A DNA stretch of 64,000 bases from Bdellovibrionales bacterium (GTDB lineage: Bacteria > Bdellovibrionota > Bdellovibrionia > Bdellovibrionales > JAUICD01): assembly GCA_965197425.1 (NCBI GenBank), contig CBDANC010000014.1, positions 64,001 to 128,000 of the forward strand, read 5' to 3'. The position numbers and the translations under genes were made by a program. Within the stretch, counting starts at the first letter, position 1. Every line of letters begins with the position of its first letter. This document shows, one piece after another, positions 39,806-50,732 of the stretch. Below the pieces are notes generated by a model. The model was not told where the DNA came from and ran no database searches. It saw only the letters and a list, made by a program, of their open reading frames with translations.

Positions 39806-41047
39806 ATGGAAAGTATAAAGAAAATTGATCCTGAAGTTCACAACGCTATATCTCTTGAAAAAGATAGGCAACTAACTGGGCTTGAGATGATTGCATCTGA
39901 AAATTATGTTTCAAGTGCTGTTATGGAAGCTTCAGGCTCTTGTCTTACTAACAAGTATGCAGAAGGATACCCTGGTAAGAGATACTATGGAGGGTGTGAG
40001 TTTGTAGATATTGTAGAAAATTTGGCAATAGAAAGAGTTAAAAAACTTTTCAATGCTAATTTTGCAAATGTTCAACCACATTCTGGATCTCAAGCAAACA
40101 TGGCAGCCTATATGGCCTTGATCGAAAACAACTCCACTATACTAGGAATGGATCTATCTCACGGTGGCCATCTAACTCATGGATCAAAAGTTAATTTTAG
40201 TGGAATATTTTTTAATGTATCTTCATATGGTGTAGATCAAAACACAGGTCTCATAGATTATCATAAGTTGAAAACTAAAGCTCTCGAATGTAATCCTGAT
40301 CTAATTATTGCAGGATTCAGTGCTTACCCTAGAGAACTTGATTTTGATAAATTTAGAGAGATTGCAGATTTATGCGAAGCTAAACTGCTAGTTGACATGG
40401 CTCACTTTGCAGGCTTAGTAGCTGGTGGTGTACATGATTCCCCAATGAAACAAGCTCATGTTATTACATCTACTACACATAAAACTCTAAGAGGACCTAG
40501 AGGTGGATTTATTTTAACTAATGATGAAGCTACCTACAAAAAGATCAACTCAAAAGTATTTCCAGGTATACAAGGTGGCCCACTTGAACATGTGATTGCT
40601 GCAAAAGCTGTTTCATTTAAAGAAGCACTAGAACCTTACTTTAAGGATTATGCTAAAAGAATTATTTCTAATGCAAAACATTTAGCAGACAAACTTTTAT
40701 CTGAAGATTTTAAACTGGTTAGTGGTGGTACTGATAATCACTTAATTTTAATTGATCTAAACAACAAAAATGTAACAGGAAAGCAAGCTCAACAAGCCTT
40801 AGACTCAGTTGGAATTACGGTGAATAAAAACACAGTTCCTGGTGAAACTAGATCACCATTTGTAACAAGTGGTGTTAGGTTAGGAACCCCTGCTTTAACC
40901 ACAAGAGGTATGGGTCACACTGAAATGGAAATTATAGCAAAGCTTATTTCGAGTGTAATAAATAACTTGGAAGATGAAAAAAAACTTAATAATGTTAAAA
41001 AACAAGTAGAAGAACTTACAAAAAACTTTGAATTATTTAAAAGCTAA
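39806..41047 (+). CDS. glyA: Serine hydroxymethyltransferase
   Basis: [32 protein letters not shown]. Confidence 0.98.
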   Translation: MESIKKIDPEVHNAISLEKDRQLTGLEMIASENYVSSAVMEASGSCLTNKYAEGYPGKRYYGGCEFVDIVENLAIERVKKLFNANFANVQPHSGSQANMAAYMALIENNSTILGMDLSHGGHLTHGSKVNFSGIFFNVSSYGVDQNTGLIDYHKLKTKALECNPDLIIAGFSAYPRELDFDKFREIADLCEAKLLVDMAHFAGLVAGGVHDSPMKQAHVITSTTHKTLRGPRGGFILTNDEATYKKINSKVFPGIQGGPLEHVIAAKAVSFKEALEPYFKDYAKRIISNAKHLADKLLSEDFKLVSGGTDNHLILIDLNNKNVTGKQAQQALDSVGITVNKNTVPGETRSPFVTSGVRLGTPALTTRGMGHTEMEIIAKLISSVINNLEDEKKLNNVKKQVEELTKNFELFKS

Positions 41048-41087
41048 TATGTTTTTCATAGTATTTTAAGTATAAAATAGCTTCCAT

Positions 41088-41921
41088 CTAGAAATGTTCT
41101 GGAAATCTAGTTAAATCCAGGTTATGAGACGCATAATACAGTAAATCTGCTGAACATTTATCTACTTTATCTTCAAGTATCTTTATTATCTCAATCAGAT
41201 CTCTCGATTCAGTAGTCTTAAAAAAACTATTACTGTCATCAAGTGAAATAGTATTTTTTGTGCTATCCCCTCGATTCCATTTGTCAATAGCTCTACTTTC
41301 TAGTTCTTCACACTTAGTTTCATTCAAGATAAAACCCGTATATTTACTAGGGTCATCTTTAAAAAAGCTTTTCAACAACTCAATGTTTCCGTGTATGAAC
41401 ATATTTCTTATTTCATAGTATATAGAAGTATATAAACCATACTTTTGTCTCAATAATCCAACTGGTCTTAGAACTCCATAACCATCCTTAACTAAAACAG
41501 AAAAAAAGTTACTACTGTAATACTTTTTGTTGGTATTTTTATTTTTTACTTTTTCAAGCTTAATGTCGTATAGAGTATCTACAGCAACACCTATGTTGTC
41601 GTACTGGCCTCCCCAAACTGTTGCTAAGTATCCACCAACAACATTTATACGCATGTGCATAAAGTTGATATCCTGATTGTTAAATTTTATATGCCATTTC
41701 TTGTCCTCTTTTTCCATGTACGGGAGATTCTTTAAAGATTTAATCTGATTTAGTGATGATAATCGAACGCTATCAAATTTCATGGCATATTCTAGATGTT
41801 CAATTATCCTAGAAATATTACTCACAAATTCATCGTGCAAACTCTCTCCCTTGCTTCGAACCTCCACTATTTTGTTCTTGAAACTCTTTATTTCACCTTC
41901 TAAATATTTATTCATCGCCAT
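41088..41921 (-). CDS. Hypothetical protein with HEPN-like RxxxxH motif
   Basis: YYEIRNMFIHG; overlaps the upstream STAND gene stop; HEPN call rests on the motif only. Confidence 0.6.
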   Translation of the reverse strand: MAMNKYLEGEIKSFKNKIVEVRSKGESLHDEFVSNISRIIEHLEYAMKFDSVRLSSLNQIKSLKNLPYMEKEDKKWHIKFNNQDINFMHMRINVVGGYLATVWGGQYDNIGVAVDTLYDIKLEKVKNKNTNKKYYSSNFFSVLVKDGYGVLRPVGLLRQKYGLYTSIYYEIRNMFIHGNIELLKSFFKDDPSKYTGFILNETKCEELESRAIDKWNRGDSTKNTISLDDSNSFFKTTESRDLIEIIKILEDKVDKCSADLLYYASHNLDLTRFPEHF

Positions 41922-44900
41922 GCTCTTCTTTGTGCCAGGCTAGTTCCTGGTTCATCCTAGTTTTTGCCTCTTCAAATTTTAGGTTATAAAATTCCTTGAT
42001 AAATTGATGTTTTTCATTTTCGTATTTATGTCTAGCCCAATCTACATCTTGTTGCCATTTTAAACTAAACTCCCCGTATATACCAGACCACGACTCAATC
42101 TTTGCGTTGTTATGTAATGACCACAAAACATTATTTCTATATTTCCCTACTAAATAACCATCAAATTTTCTATAAATTGTATCTGCAATATTTCTCCATT
42201 CTTCACTGCCCTCCCCACAAAAACCTGCGTATCTAGACCAAATAGTAATGTTCTCTATAGGTTCATCATCTTTTAATTCTTTTATCTTTTTAATCACTAC
42301 TTTAGGAACATATTCATTATTCACATTAAATTTTTCAAACCATTTAGGAAGTTCATAACCCAAGAAAGTTCTACTGTTATTTAGTTCTGTCATTATCTCT
42401 TCAAAGCAACCAACAACTTCATCATCACTTCGATCTTCGTATGGAGGAGATCTAAATATTGGAAACAGGTCGATACTTATAGATATTGCATCAAAAAAAT
42501 TATCTCCGTCTTTATTAACAATTTTTAGCCGTTCGAATAGAAGTTTTTTAAAATCAAAAATATCTGGATGCCACTTATCTTGTCTTTCCACAACGATATT
42601 AAGCAGGCTGTAGTTGACCGAGTTGATGTCTCCCAAATTAGGTATTTTAGAAAACACTTCAAATATAAGCTTTAACATATTTATATACAAAGTATCAGTA
42701 ATATCACTAACCAGCAGTCTATCAATAACAGAGTTTACAATATTAGTAGAATCTTTTGATTTACTGTTTTCGATAACATTTATTAATACGTCCTTGTACT
42801 TATCAATGTATTGTTCTACACACTCTTCTGAGTTACTCAGTAGAATATTGGTTAATATATGAATAAATACAACTGTCCTTTTGACTTCATCAAATATTGC
42901 TTTTTTATCTAACAAATATTTTAATTCCAATTCTGATGTTTCACCAAGGTTTTTTTTACTTTTGCTATAAACGAAGTCCAAAAATCTTATTAGTTCTAAT
43001 TTGTTGTTCATATGTTTTGCTTCACACTCTAAATACAGCTTTTCTTTATCTTCTAACAGTTTTAGCACATCCTCTTTTTTTTCCTTCTTTCTCAAATCTT
43101 GAAGCTTTCTAGTTATTATGTTTCTAATGAAATCTCTTAATCCTTCATGGCTTGAACATATAGCGTTATTGATAAATTCTTGTATAACTTTGTCATCAAA
43201 ATTAGGTACAAAAAAGTAATCACATAAATAATCTGTACAAAAAGAAAATTTATCCCTACCAATAGTATCGATCCCGTCTAAAATATGTCTTTCTATTTTA
43301 GATGCTTTACCTCTCAATAGAGGTTCGAATCGATCATTTATTTGTTCTTCAATATTATATGGTGCAGGGTAGACACAGATGTTTGTATAAAATTTATTGC
43401 TACTAAAATTCAAAAAAATACCTTCGCATTTATCGGCAATTTTTTTTAAATCAGTATCTTTACAATATTTGCAATACCAATCCCAAATGTTTCTAGCCTC
43501 TCTAAAATCTGTTGATGTAACCCATGGTTCTTGTATTTTTTCATACAGTTTATTAAACACCTCAATATTTAATTGTCTGTAATAATCTAGGACATCTTTT
43601 GGAATTTTATCAATGCTAGGAGCATTGATAAGTTGATGTATGTCATGGACAAATTGATCAAACAGTTGTAATATAATGGTTTTGCTACCCTGCTTAGTAC
43701 CTTCGCCTAATGTGTCCCACATCTCATTGATAATATCCCTCATATGTTTGTAATTTTCTGATCTCGGATGTAAACATGTACGTTTCATAGTCAATGTCTG
43801 TTCTTTAAAAGAATATTCTGTTCTAACTATTGCTATTAGTGGTTTAATCAATTTTTGATAGAAATCAACCTTTGGATTTTCATCTTCCTTCAATCTTCCT
43901 ATATATTCCAAAGCCTGTGATTGAAAATCTCTTTGATACGATTTCAGAATATTAGGACCACCTACAATCATGGTTGATATAACAGATGATGCTGAATGAG
44001 AACCTATATAACTATTTTGTTTTTCTATTCCTAGTAGTTGTATTGCAAGATTAGTAATGTTTTTTCTGACGCCATCATCGACAGAATACCGTGCAGCTTC
44101 CAGTAACAGTTCTGGTAGTTTTTCCAGAACATCGCTTTGATTAAGCTCCCTAAACATATACTCTTCCTTAATAGGAGATAGATTACAGTTTTTTAGTACA
44201 GATTGGACTAGCTCTACTATTTTACTTGGATATGGTGCTGCAAAATGTTTTGCAATATCAACAATGCTGAATAGTTCTTTTATATTCTTAGTTGTTTCGG
44301 CTAGCTTAACAACTTCACTTACAAAGTTATAAAGAATTCTAGACTGGTTTTTAAAATTGTATTCATGGTTTTGATACCAATCAACTTTAGCTAGAGTAGT
44401 TATTACCTTCTCCAGATCTGGAACAAAATAACCATCTTTTTTAATAACATCATCCAACATATTTTCGACTAACTTACCAAAACTAGATGATTTCGAGTCA
44501 GAACCTTCACCTGCGTATACAAGTGAATTAAATATTATGTGATCTCTAATTACATCAGGTTTCATCTTTAAAAGACCACCATATCTTTTGAGAATTCTAA
44601 TATCTTCTAAAGAATTTATGTCATCGGTTATGTCATCACATTTAATTTGGTTTGCAATAAATCTCTGCTTATCCTTCCCATCGTCAGGAACAAATTTAAC
44701 ACCACTATTGTCATCAAAACTCAATGCTCCTCTATTCATATTATCAACCCTAATTTCTCCGTAAAGGGACATCCAATTTAGAACTTTTCTTGTTTTTTCT
44801 GATTTTCCTTTTAACATCTGATCTACATATTGTTTTGCAATACCAATTTCATCTCTAGGAAGATCTTCTAATCTTCCGCCTTTTTCCATTATGCTTAGTG

Positions 44901-46008
44901 CAACATGAAGGAAAATTGGGTGACCTCCAGTATATTGATTGAGATAGTTTTTGAGATCCTCTTTGGAGTATGGATAAGATTCCAAATTATTTACTTGTTC
45001 GTCTATTAGAGAATTGAAAGATTCTTTCTTCATTGGTTCTAATTTAACACGCTCAACAATCTTTTTGATTTTATAGTCTTCAAAAAAATTTATAATTTTC
45101 TGATCATACCTGCTAAGTGCAATGATAAATTTCCACTTTTTAATTCTTGAACCTGGGTTAGTAAGTTGTCCCATTAACCTTTGTAAAAATTCGATACTTT
45201 CTGGCTCATCCATTAGTATGACATGGTCTATATCTGGTGCAGCTATACCGGGAAAATCTTTGTTATATGCAAGTGTTGCCACATTTGCCCAATATACTTG
45301 TTTGCCTTCTTGTGCGTACCTGCCCTTTGATAAAGCTCTATTGCCAGCTTCTATCAAAAATCTAGACTTTCCAACTCCTCCCTCTCCCGTGACCAAAAGA
45401 ACTTTTTTATCACTACGGAAAAATGTATCTGCCTTTTCCAGTTCTTCTTCTCTTCCATGGTATTCAGATTCATATTCATCCTTATTCTCCCTGACAGAGT
45501 TGTACTCATTGAGACTAGTTATAGCATCATCAAGTGTAAGATAGGATGCAGGGCTATCTTTAAAAAAGATATTGTATATTAAAGAGTGTAATCTTATTGG
45601 TTTTTCTAACTCTTCACCACTTCGCAATTCTGCTTTTATTTTCAATTCACTAAAGAGTTGTCCTATTTGCTTGTTCCACTTGTTTTCATTATTCTTGTTG
45701 ATATATGAGTTTGTCATCAAAACCCATTTATTTACCTTCGACCAAGTATTATGATAGGGGTGAGTTTTATCATCCTTTATTTTTTTAATTTTTTTCAGTT
45801 CTTCTTTTGCATCTTTAATTAGATCTCCAGAAGATTTGTGAAACTTAAATTGATATACTGTGAGTCCATTCTCTGATATGGCATCAATTGCACCATCTTT
45901 TCCATCACTCCTATAGATTTTTATAGATTTATCTTGATAATTCAGTATGGTGCTACAGAGGCTTTCAAATGTTGGCCAGTGTTTTATTTTACTCCAATCT
46001 ATTTCCAT
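41908..46008 (-). CDS. Mrr-like nuclease-STAND NTPase (Avs/NLR-like)
   Basis: FESLC...GKDGAID...VYQFK N-terminus; Walker A GEGGVGKS; Walker B VILMDE; TGGHP (GxP); long helical C-terminus. Confidence 0.8.
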   Translation of the reverse strand: MEIDWSKIKHWPTFESLCSTILNYQDKSIKIYRSDGKDGAIDAISENGLTVYQFKFHKSSGDLIKDAKEELKKIKKIKDDKTHPYHNTWSKVNKWVLMTNSYINKNNENKWNKQIGQLFSELKIKAELRSGEELEKPIRLHSLIYNIFFKDSPASYLTLDDAITSLNEYNSVRENKDEYESEYHGREEELEKADTFFRSDKKVLLVTGEGGVGKSRFLIEAGNRALSKGRYAQEGKQVYWANVATLAYNKDFPGIAAPDIDHVILMDEPESIEFLQRLMGQLTNPGSRIKKWKFIIALSRYDQKIINFFEDYKIKKIVERVKLEPMKKESFNSLIDEQVNNLESYPYSKEDLKNYLNQYTGGHPIFLHVALSIMEKGGRLEDLPRDEIGIAKQYVDQMLKGKSEKTRKVLNWMSLYGEIRVDNMNRGALSFDDNSGVKFVPDDGKDKQRFIANQIKCDDITDDINSLEDIRILKRYGGLLKMKPDVIRDHIIFNSLVYAGEGSDSKSSSFGKLVENMLDDVIKKDGYFVPDLEKVITTLAKVDWYQNHEYNFKNQSRILYNFVSEVVKLAETTKNIKELFSIVDIAKHFAAPYPSKIVELVQSVLKNCNLSPIKEEYMFRELNQSDVLEKLPELLLEAARYSVDDGVRKNITNLAIQLLGIEKQNSYIGSHSASSVISTMIVGGPNILKSYQRDFQSQALEYIGRLKEDENPKVDFYQKLIKPLIAIVRTEYSFKEQTLTMKRTCLHPRSENYKHMRDIINEMWDTLGEGTKQGSKTIILQLFDQFVHDIHQLINAPSIDKIPKDVLDYYRQLNIEVFNKLYEKIQEPWVTSTDFREARNIWDWYCKYCKDTDLKKIADKCEGIFLNFSSNKFYTNICVYPAPYNIEEQINDRFEPLLRGKASKIERHILDGIDTIGRDKFSFCTDYLCDYFFVPNFDDKVIQEFINNAICSSHEGLRDFIRNIITRKLQDLRKKEKKEDVLKLLEDKEKLYLECEAKHMNNKLELIRFLDFVYSKSKKNLGETSELELKYLLDKKAIFDEVKRTVVFIHILTNILLSNSEECVEQYIDKYKDVLINVIENSKSKDSTNIVNSVIDRLLVSDITDTLYINMLKLIFEVFSKIPNLGDINSVNYSLLNIVVERQDKWHPDIFDFKKLLFERLKIVNKDGDNFFDAISISIDLFPIFRSPPYEDRSDDEVVGCFEEIMTELNNSRTFLGYELPKWFEKFNVNNEYVPKVVIKKIKELKDDEPIENITIWSRYAGFCGEGSEEWRNIADTIYRKFDGYLVGKYRNNVLWSLHNNAKIESWSGIYGEFSLKWQQDVDWARHKYENEKHQFIKEFYNLKFEEAKTRMNQELAWHKEEHGDE

Positions 46009-46119
46009 AAACTTCCATCTCTTTTAACACAATGAGGCTTATATCTCCAACCATATTTCACGGTATGACTGAAAATGAAATATAAAGATATTAGATCAAA
46101 ACCATAACAAGACAGTAAA

Positions 46120-46425
46120 CTATGCTACGTCTCTATAGATCAAACGAACTTTCTGCCCAGTTGCACCAAGAACTCTGAATAGAACATCCAAGGAAATTCC
46201 ACAACTATCGGCATTTAATATTTTTGTTATTCTAGCCCTTGAAGTCTTAGATAATTTAGCCAGCTTCGTAACCGAGATTCGTCTCTTCTTAACAATAGTA
46301 ATAATTTTTTTAACAACACTATGACGAATTTCCCATTCCACGGCATCAGAATATGTTAATCCAAGGTCACTAGCCAAATCTTTAGGCCTACTACTAACAA
46401 TGATCTTCTTTTTATTCCTTTGCAT
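46120..46425 (-). CDS. XRE-family HTH regulator/antitoxin-like protein
   Basis: LAKLSKTSRARITKILNA...ISLDVLFRVL; start placed at ATG 46425. Confidence 0.8.
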   Translation of the reverse strand: MQRNKKKIIVSSRPKDLASDLGLTYSDAVEWEIRHSVVKKIITIVKKRRISVTKLAKLSKTSRARITKILNADSCGISLDVLFRVLGATGQKVRLIYRDVA

Positions 46426-46535
46426 CCCCAAACTTGCTACCTTTAATAAAAGGTGTATCATATTTGGTACATACGTCAAATAAATTTTTTATTTTATTAA
46501 CTGACAGTCATTACAATTAGGTGTAAAAAGTATAT

Positions 46536-47567
46536 GTGAAAAAACTGAATTTATTAATAATATGTGGTGGGATGTCTTGTGAACATGAGGTTTCCATTCA
46601 ATCCGCCAGAAGTATTATAAAAAACTTAGATAAATCAAAGTATGATATTACCCTCGTTTGTATAGATAAAAAGGGTGTCTGGTACTGGATTAATGACATA
46701 GAATCTATTTTTAATTATCCAGACTATAAAACTATCCCATCTGAAAAACTAGGTGATATAGTATCATTACAATTTTCAAAACCTACTATGATATGTTCTG
46801 AAAACAAAACCAAGAAAATAGATGTAGCATTCCCCATACTACATGGATACCTGGGTGAAGATGGAGCCATACAGGGTATGCTTAAAGTAGCTGATATTCC
46901 GTTTGTAGGAGCTGATGTCTTAAGTTCTGCAATGTGTATGGACAAACACATTACAAAAACCATTGCCAGCTCACACAATATTCCTACCTCCAAATATATA
47001 GCCGTAAATAAAAATTCTACCTTTGATCTGAACTCCTTAAACTACCCTGTTTTTGTAAAACCCAACAACGCAGGTTCTTCTGTAGGAATAAGTAAAGTTA
47101 AATCTAAAGATAACCTCAAGAAAGCAATAGCAGAAGCTTTAAAATATGATTCTTTAGTTTTAATTGAAGAGTGTGTGGAAGGGCAAGAATGTGAGATTGC
47201 ACTTTTAGGAAATGAAGATGTAAAAGCATCAAGCGTGGGCGAAATTATACCAAGAGGACATGAGTTTTACTCTTATGAGGCAAAATATTTAGATAAACAA
47301 GGAGCAGACTTGATAATCCCTGCTAATCTTAGCCAAGATACAGAGAATAAAATAAAAGAATGTGCAATAAAGGTTTATAAACTATTAAATTGTCGTGGCA
47401 TGGCCAGAGTTGATTTTTTTATCAAAAAGAACGGAGATGTGGTTTTTAACGAGATAAACACAATTCCAGGTTTTACATCTATCAGTATGTACCCAAGCCT
47501 TTGGTTACACAAAGGGATTAAATACAAAGATCTGTTAGATCACCTAATTGAGCTTGCCAGAGTTTAA
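46536..47567 (+). CDS. ddl: D-alanine--D-alanine ligase
   Basis: GGMSCEHEVS, LHG..GEDG, GSSVG, EINTIPGFT..SMYP. Confidence 0.96.
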   Translation: MKKLNLLIICGGMSCEHEVSIQSARSIIKNLDKSKYDITLVCIDKKGVWYWINDIESIFNYPDYKTIPSEKLGDIVSLQFSKPTMICSENKTKKIDVAFPILHGYLGEDGAIQGMLKVADIPFVGADVLSSAMCMDKHITKTIASSHNIPTSKYIAVNKNSTFDLNSLNYPVFVKPNNAGSSVGISKVKSKDNLKKAIAEALKYDSLVLIEECVEGQECEIALLGNEDVKASSVGEIIPRGHEFYSYEAKYLDKQGADLIIPANLSQDTENKIKECAIKVYKLLNCRGMARVDFFIKKNGDVVFNEINTIPGFTSISMYPSLWLHKGIKYKDLLDHLIELARV

Positions 47568-48569
47568 TTTTTTATCCTTATCTATAGGTGAAGGACCAAA
47601 CTTCTCCCATAAATAAGCTGATTCACAAATTGTTTCAAGGTTGTGTTTTGGTTTCCAATTCAGCTTGGTTTTTAGCTTTGTTGAATCTGCTACGAGTTTT
47701 GCAGGATCACCTTCTCTTTTACTAGCAGATTCTATCTTGAACTGTGAACCTGAAACTTTCTTCATCATATCCAAAACTTCTAACACACTAAACCCTTCAC
47801 CATATCCACAGTTGTAAATATTTGATTTCTCTTTATCCAAACTTTTTAAGGCTACAACATGTGCATCTGCCAAGTCTTCTACATGTATATAGTCTCTAAT
47901 ACATGTACCATCTTTGGTAGGGTAGTCTGTTCCTAACACCGTTAGTTTATTTAGTTTTCCCAAAGCAGTTTTTGCTACTAAGGTAATAAGGTGATTTGAG
48001 CCTTTATGATCCTGACCAAGACTTCCATCTATTGCAGCTCCTGCAACATTAAAATATCTTAATATTACGTATTTAAAATTTATATCCTTACCAACAACAC
48101 TGTTAGTAAAATCCTGAATCATTTTTTCATCCATCATTTTAGAATTGCCATATGGATTTATGGGGTTGAGAACTGTGTCTTCTGATATTGTATATAAGTT
48201 GGGCTGTCCGTACACCGCTGCTGTTGAAGAAAAAATCAATCTATTTATTTTATACTCTCCACATTTTTGTAAAAGTGTAAGTGTATTAAAAGAATTGTTA
48301 CGATAATATTTATAAGGATTACCTACTGATTCACCTACAGAAATTGATGCTGCTACATGAATTACTGCATCTATTTTGTGTTCCGAAAAAATACAATCTA
48401 ACAGATTAACATCACCTACATCACCTTCATAAAATGTAGATTTTTTTGGGATGGCCCACTTATTTCCGGTGGATAAGTTATCTATAATAATAAGATTTGC
48501 TATGGGGTTTAGTTTTTTTGATATATAGGATCCAATATACCCAGCCCCACCTGTTATAAGAATATTCAT
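47544..48569 (-). CDS. galE: UDP-glucose 4-epimerase
   Basis: TGGAGYIGS, SSTAAVYG, YGNSK, LRYFNVAGA, DGTCIRDYIHV. Confidence 0.95.
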   Translation of the reverse strand: MNILITGGAGYIGSYISKKLNPIANLIIIDNLSTGNKWAIPKKSTFYEGDVGDVNLLDCIFSEHKIDAVIHVAASISVGESVGNPYKYYRNNSFNTLTLLQKCGEYKINRLIFSSTAAVYGQPNLYTISEDTVLNPINPYGNSKMMDEKMIQDFTNSVVGKDINFKYVILRYFNVAGAAIDGSLGQDHKGSNHLITLVAKTALGKLNKLTVLGTDYPTKDGTCIRDYIHVEDLADAHVVALKSLDKEKSNIYNCGYGEGFSVLEVLDMMKKVSGSQFKIESASKREGDPAKLVADSTKLKTKLNWKPKHNLETICESAYLWEKFGPSPIDKDKKLNSGKLN

Positions 48570-48745
48570 ATTTAGTTCTCTATTTTAATTCATATTTAAT
48601 CCTTAACCAAGGCTAAAGAAATAAAATAATATCCATCCTACCAGGAGTGTCTATTTTAAGTACATCCCTTCTTATACTAAGAAGATTCTAAGCTTAATGC
48701 TTGTGAAAAGTTGAGCATTTAATATATTCTAATGCGGGAGAGCAA

Positions 48746-49063
48746 ATGATAATTACCAATATAGAAATTATTCCTGGATATGAAATTGTCGAACATTATG
48801 GACTGGTTGAAGGGAGTACCATTAGGTCAAAACATGTGGGTCGTGATATAATGGCAGGATTTAAAAATATTTTAGGAGGGGAACTAAAGGGATACACAGA
48901 GCTTTTAAAAGAAAGTCGAAGAGAAGCTCTAGAGAGAATGGTAAAAAGTGCAGAAGATTTAGGTGCTAATGCAATAGTGAATGTACGATTTGCCACTTCC
49001 ACCATAACTAGTGGAGCTGCAGAATTCCTTGCGTACGGCACTGCAGTTCGGGTATCTCAGTAA
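48746..49063 (+). CDS. YbjQ (UPF0145) family protein
   Basis: GGELKGYTELL..SRREAL.RM...A..LGANAIVNVRF. Confidence 0.92.
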   Translation: MIITNIEIIPGYEIVEHYGLVEGSTIRSKHVGRDIMAGFKNILGGELKGYTELLKESRREALERMVKSAEDLGANAIVNVRFATSTITSGAAEFLAYGTAVRVSQ

Positions 49064-49530
49064 TGGTAGATTTAACAATTATACTATTATTAGTTACTGT
49101 AGGTTACATAAGTGGTACTCTTGTAGAGAAAAGACACTACAGGGCTTTGGCTAAGGCAGAGGAAGAACTGAGTAGCATACCTGTTATCACAGCATCCTGG
49201 AAGAATACCGTTAAAGATTCAGAAACAGGTATGTTGTTGGGGGGCTCTGTGGTACTTGGCTCTGATCATTTTAAAACCCTTGCGGCCGCTTTGATAAATA
49301 TAGTGGGGGGCAGGGTTACAGTTTATGAGAGTTTACTCGATAGAGGTAGAAGAGAAGCTATTATAAGAATGAAGCAAAACGCAAGATGGTGGGGCGCAGA
49401 GAGAATAATAAATTTAAGAATAGAAACATCCAGAATAGCTTCCATAGGCATGCACGGAACACCTTTTCCCTGTGTAGAGGTTCTTGCCTATGGTACTGCA
49501 CTGAAAAGCAAAAATGCTCTACAAAAATAA
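49063..49530 (+). CDS. Membrane-anchored YbjQ-like protein
   Basis: N-terminal TM; GG....YESLLDRGRREAIIRMK; EVLAYGTA. Confidence 0.85.
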   Translation: MVDLTIILLLVTVGYISGTLVEKRHYRALAKAEEELSSIPVITASWKNTVKDSETGMLLGGSVVLGSDHFKTLAAALINIVGGRVTVYESLLDRGRREAIIRMKQNARWWGAERIINLRIETSRIASIGMHGTPFPCVEVLAYGTALKSKNALQK

Positions 49531-50329
49531 ACCGTCTAAAACCAATTATAATGTATCCAAAACCAATTACTTATTGCAATTTTTTCGTCTAGTCTTAGCT
49601 GTATTTATACTTACTCTGCTCTTATATATTTTTATAAACCTTGTGCTTGGTATTTTAGTAAAAGGCATCGATCCAGAGAGAGGAATGTTGTTAAGAGAGA
49701 GAATCACTTCTTTCTCAGATGATCTAGCAGGGACTGACAAACAGTTGACTGAACATGCATCAAGACTATGGCAGCCTTTTTCAGAGCATGATGCCTTTCC
49801 TCTAGTGAAAATGTTTGGCCTTGGAGAAGAAGAAGAGTCACAAAACGCATTTGTTCTACCAGGGGGATTTATTTTTATAACTAAATCTTCACTAGTTAGA
49901 ATGAATTCCGAAAATGAACTGTCATTTGTGCTGTGTCATGAGCTAGGTCATATAGTCAAACGACATATACAAAAGAGACTCGGAACCAATCTTATTTTTC
50001 TTATATTTTCTATTTTGACTGTGAATGATAGTTCACTAGTTTTACTTATCGACCGAACAGTTAACCTACACTTTTCTAGACAAGATGAATATGAGGCTGA
50101 TGAATTTGCTCTTACATGCCTTGACACATACTATGGACACACAAACGGAGCAACCCACTTTTTTGAACGATTAAAAAATCTTGAGCATTACAAAAATGAA
50201 AAAACAGAACTCATGTCAACACACCCAGACATAGATAACAGAATCTCCAGAATACTGGACTTAGTAAAACAAAAGGGCTTTAAAAGCGATTTACCACTAA
50301 AACCACTAACGATCACCCCAGATGACTAA
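49514..50329 (+). CDS. M48-family metallopeptidase
   Basis: NAFVLPGG, HELGH, FSRQDEYEAD, STHP. Confidence 0.9.
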   Translation: MLYKNKPSKTNYNVSKTNYLLQFFRLVLAVFILTLLLYIFINLVLGILVKGIDPERGMLLRERITSFSDDLAGTDKQLTEHASRLWQPFSEHDAFPLVKMFGLGEEEESQNAFVLPGGFIFITKSSLVRMNSENELSFVLCHELGHIVKRHIQKRLGTNLIFLIFSILTVNDSSLVLLIDRTVNLHFSRQDEYEADEFALTCLDTYYGHTNGATHFFERLKNLEHYKNEKTELMSTHPDIDNRISRILDLVKQKGFKSDLPLKPLTITPDD

Positions 50330-50440
50330 ATTTAAAATCTATATCTTTACCTACTATACTATTTAGAAAATCAAACGATTATTTTTTCATCCATCACTTT
50401 AGAATTACCACACGGATTTATGAGCCTAAGGCTGTGTCCT
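50330..50440 (-). pseudogene. Frameshifted internal fragment of a galE copy
   Basis: INPCGNSKVMDEKII / DFLNSIVGKDIDFKF versus galE INPYGNSKMMDEKMIQDFTNSVVGKDINFKY (48071-48180). Confidence 0.85.
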
Positions 50441-50536
50441 GGTATAACTAAAGCTAACTGTTCCCCACCTTTTGGCCGAGCGGTTGCTTAACGCTCTAAG
50501 TGTCATATATTTTCCTTCAGTAATGCCCATCAAACC

Positions 50537-50701
50537 TTACTTTGTTTTTTTCTTTTCCTCTAAGACATTTGTAACATGTCTTACACCATAAAGCTTTCTA
50601 AATTCATCAAGGAATTGTAGTATTTGATATGGAGATAGTTTTTTGCAATACTCTAAATATTCCTTAGTAAACATCTGTAATCCCTTGTTACTCTTTCTCA
50701 T
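50537..50701 (-). CDS. Small protein downstream of the nucleotidyltransferase (antitoxin-like, possibly truncated)
   Basis: 54 aa from ATG 50701, QMFTKEYLEYCKKLSPYQILQFLDEFRKL. Confidence 0.55.
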   Translation of the reverse strand: MRKSNKGLQMFTKEYLEYCKKLSPYQILQFLDEFRKLYGVRHVTNVLEEKKKTK

Positions 50702-50732
50702 TTTTTCACCAAATCCCCTTGAAGAGTGTAGT

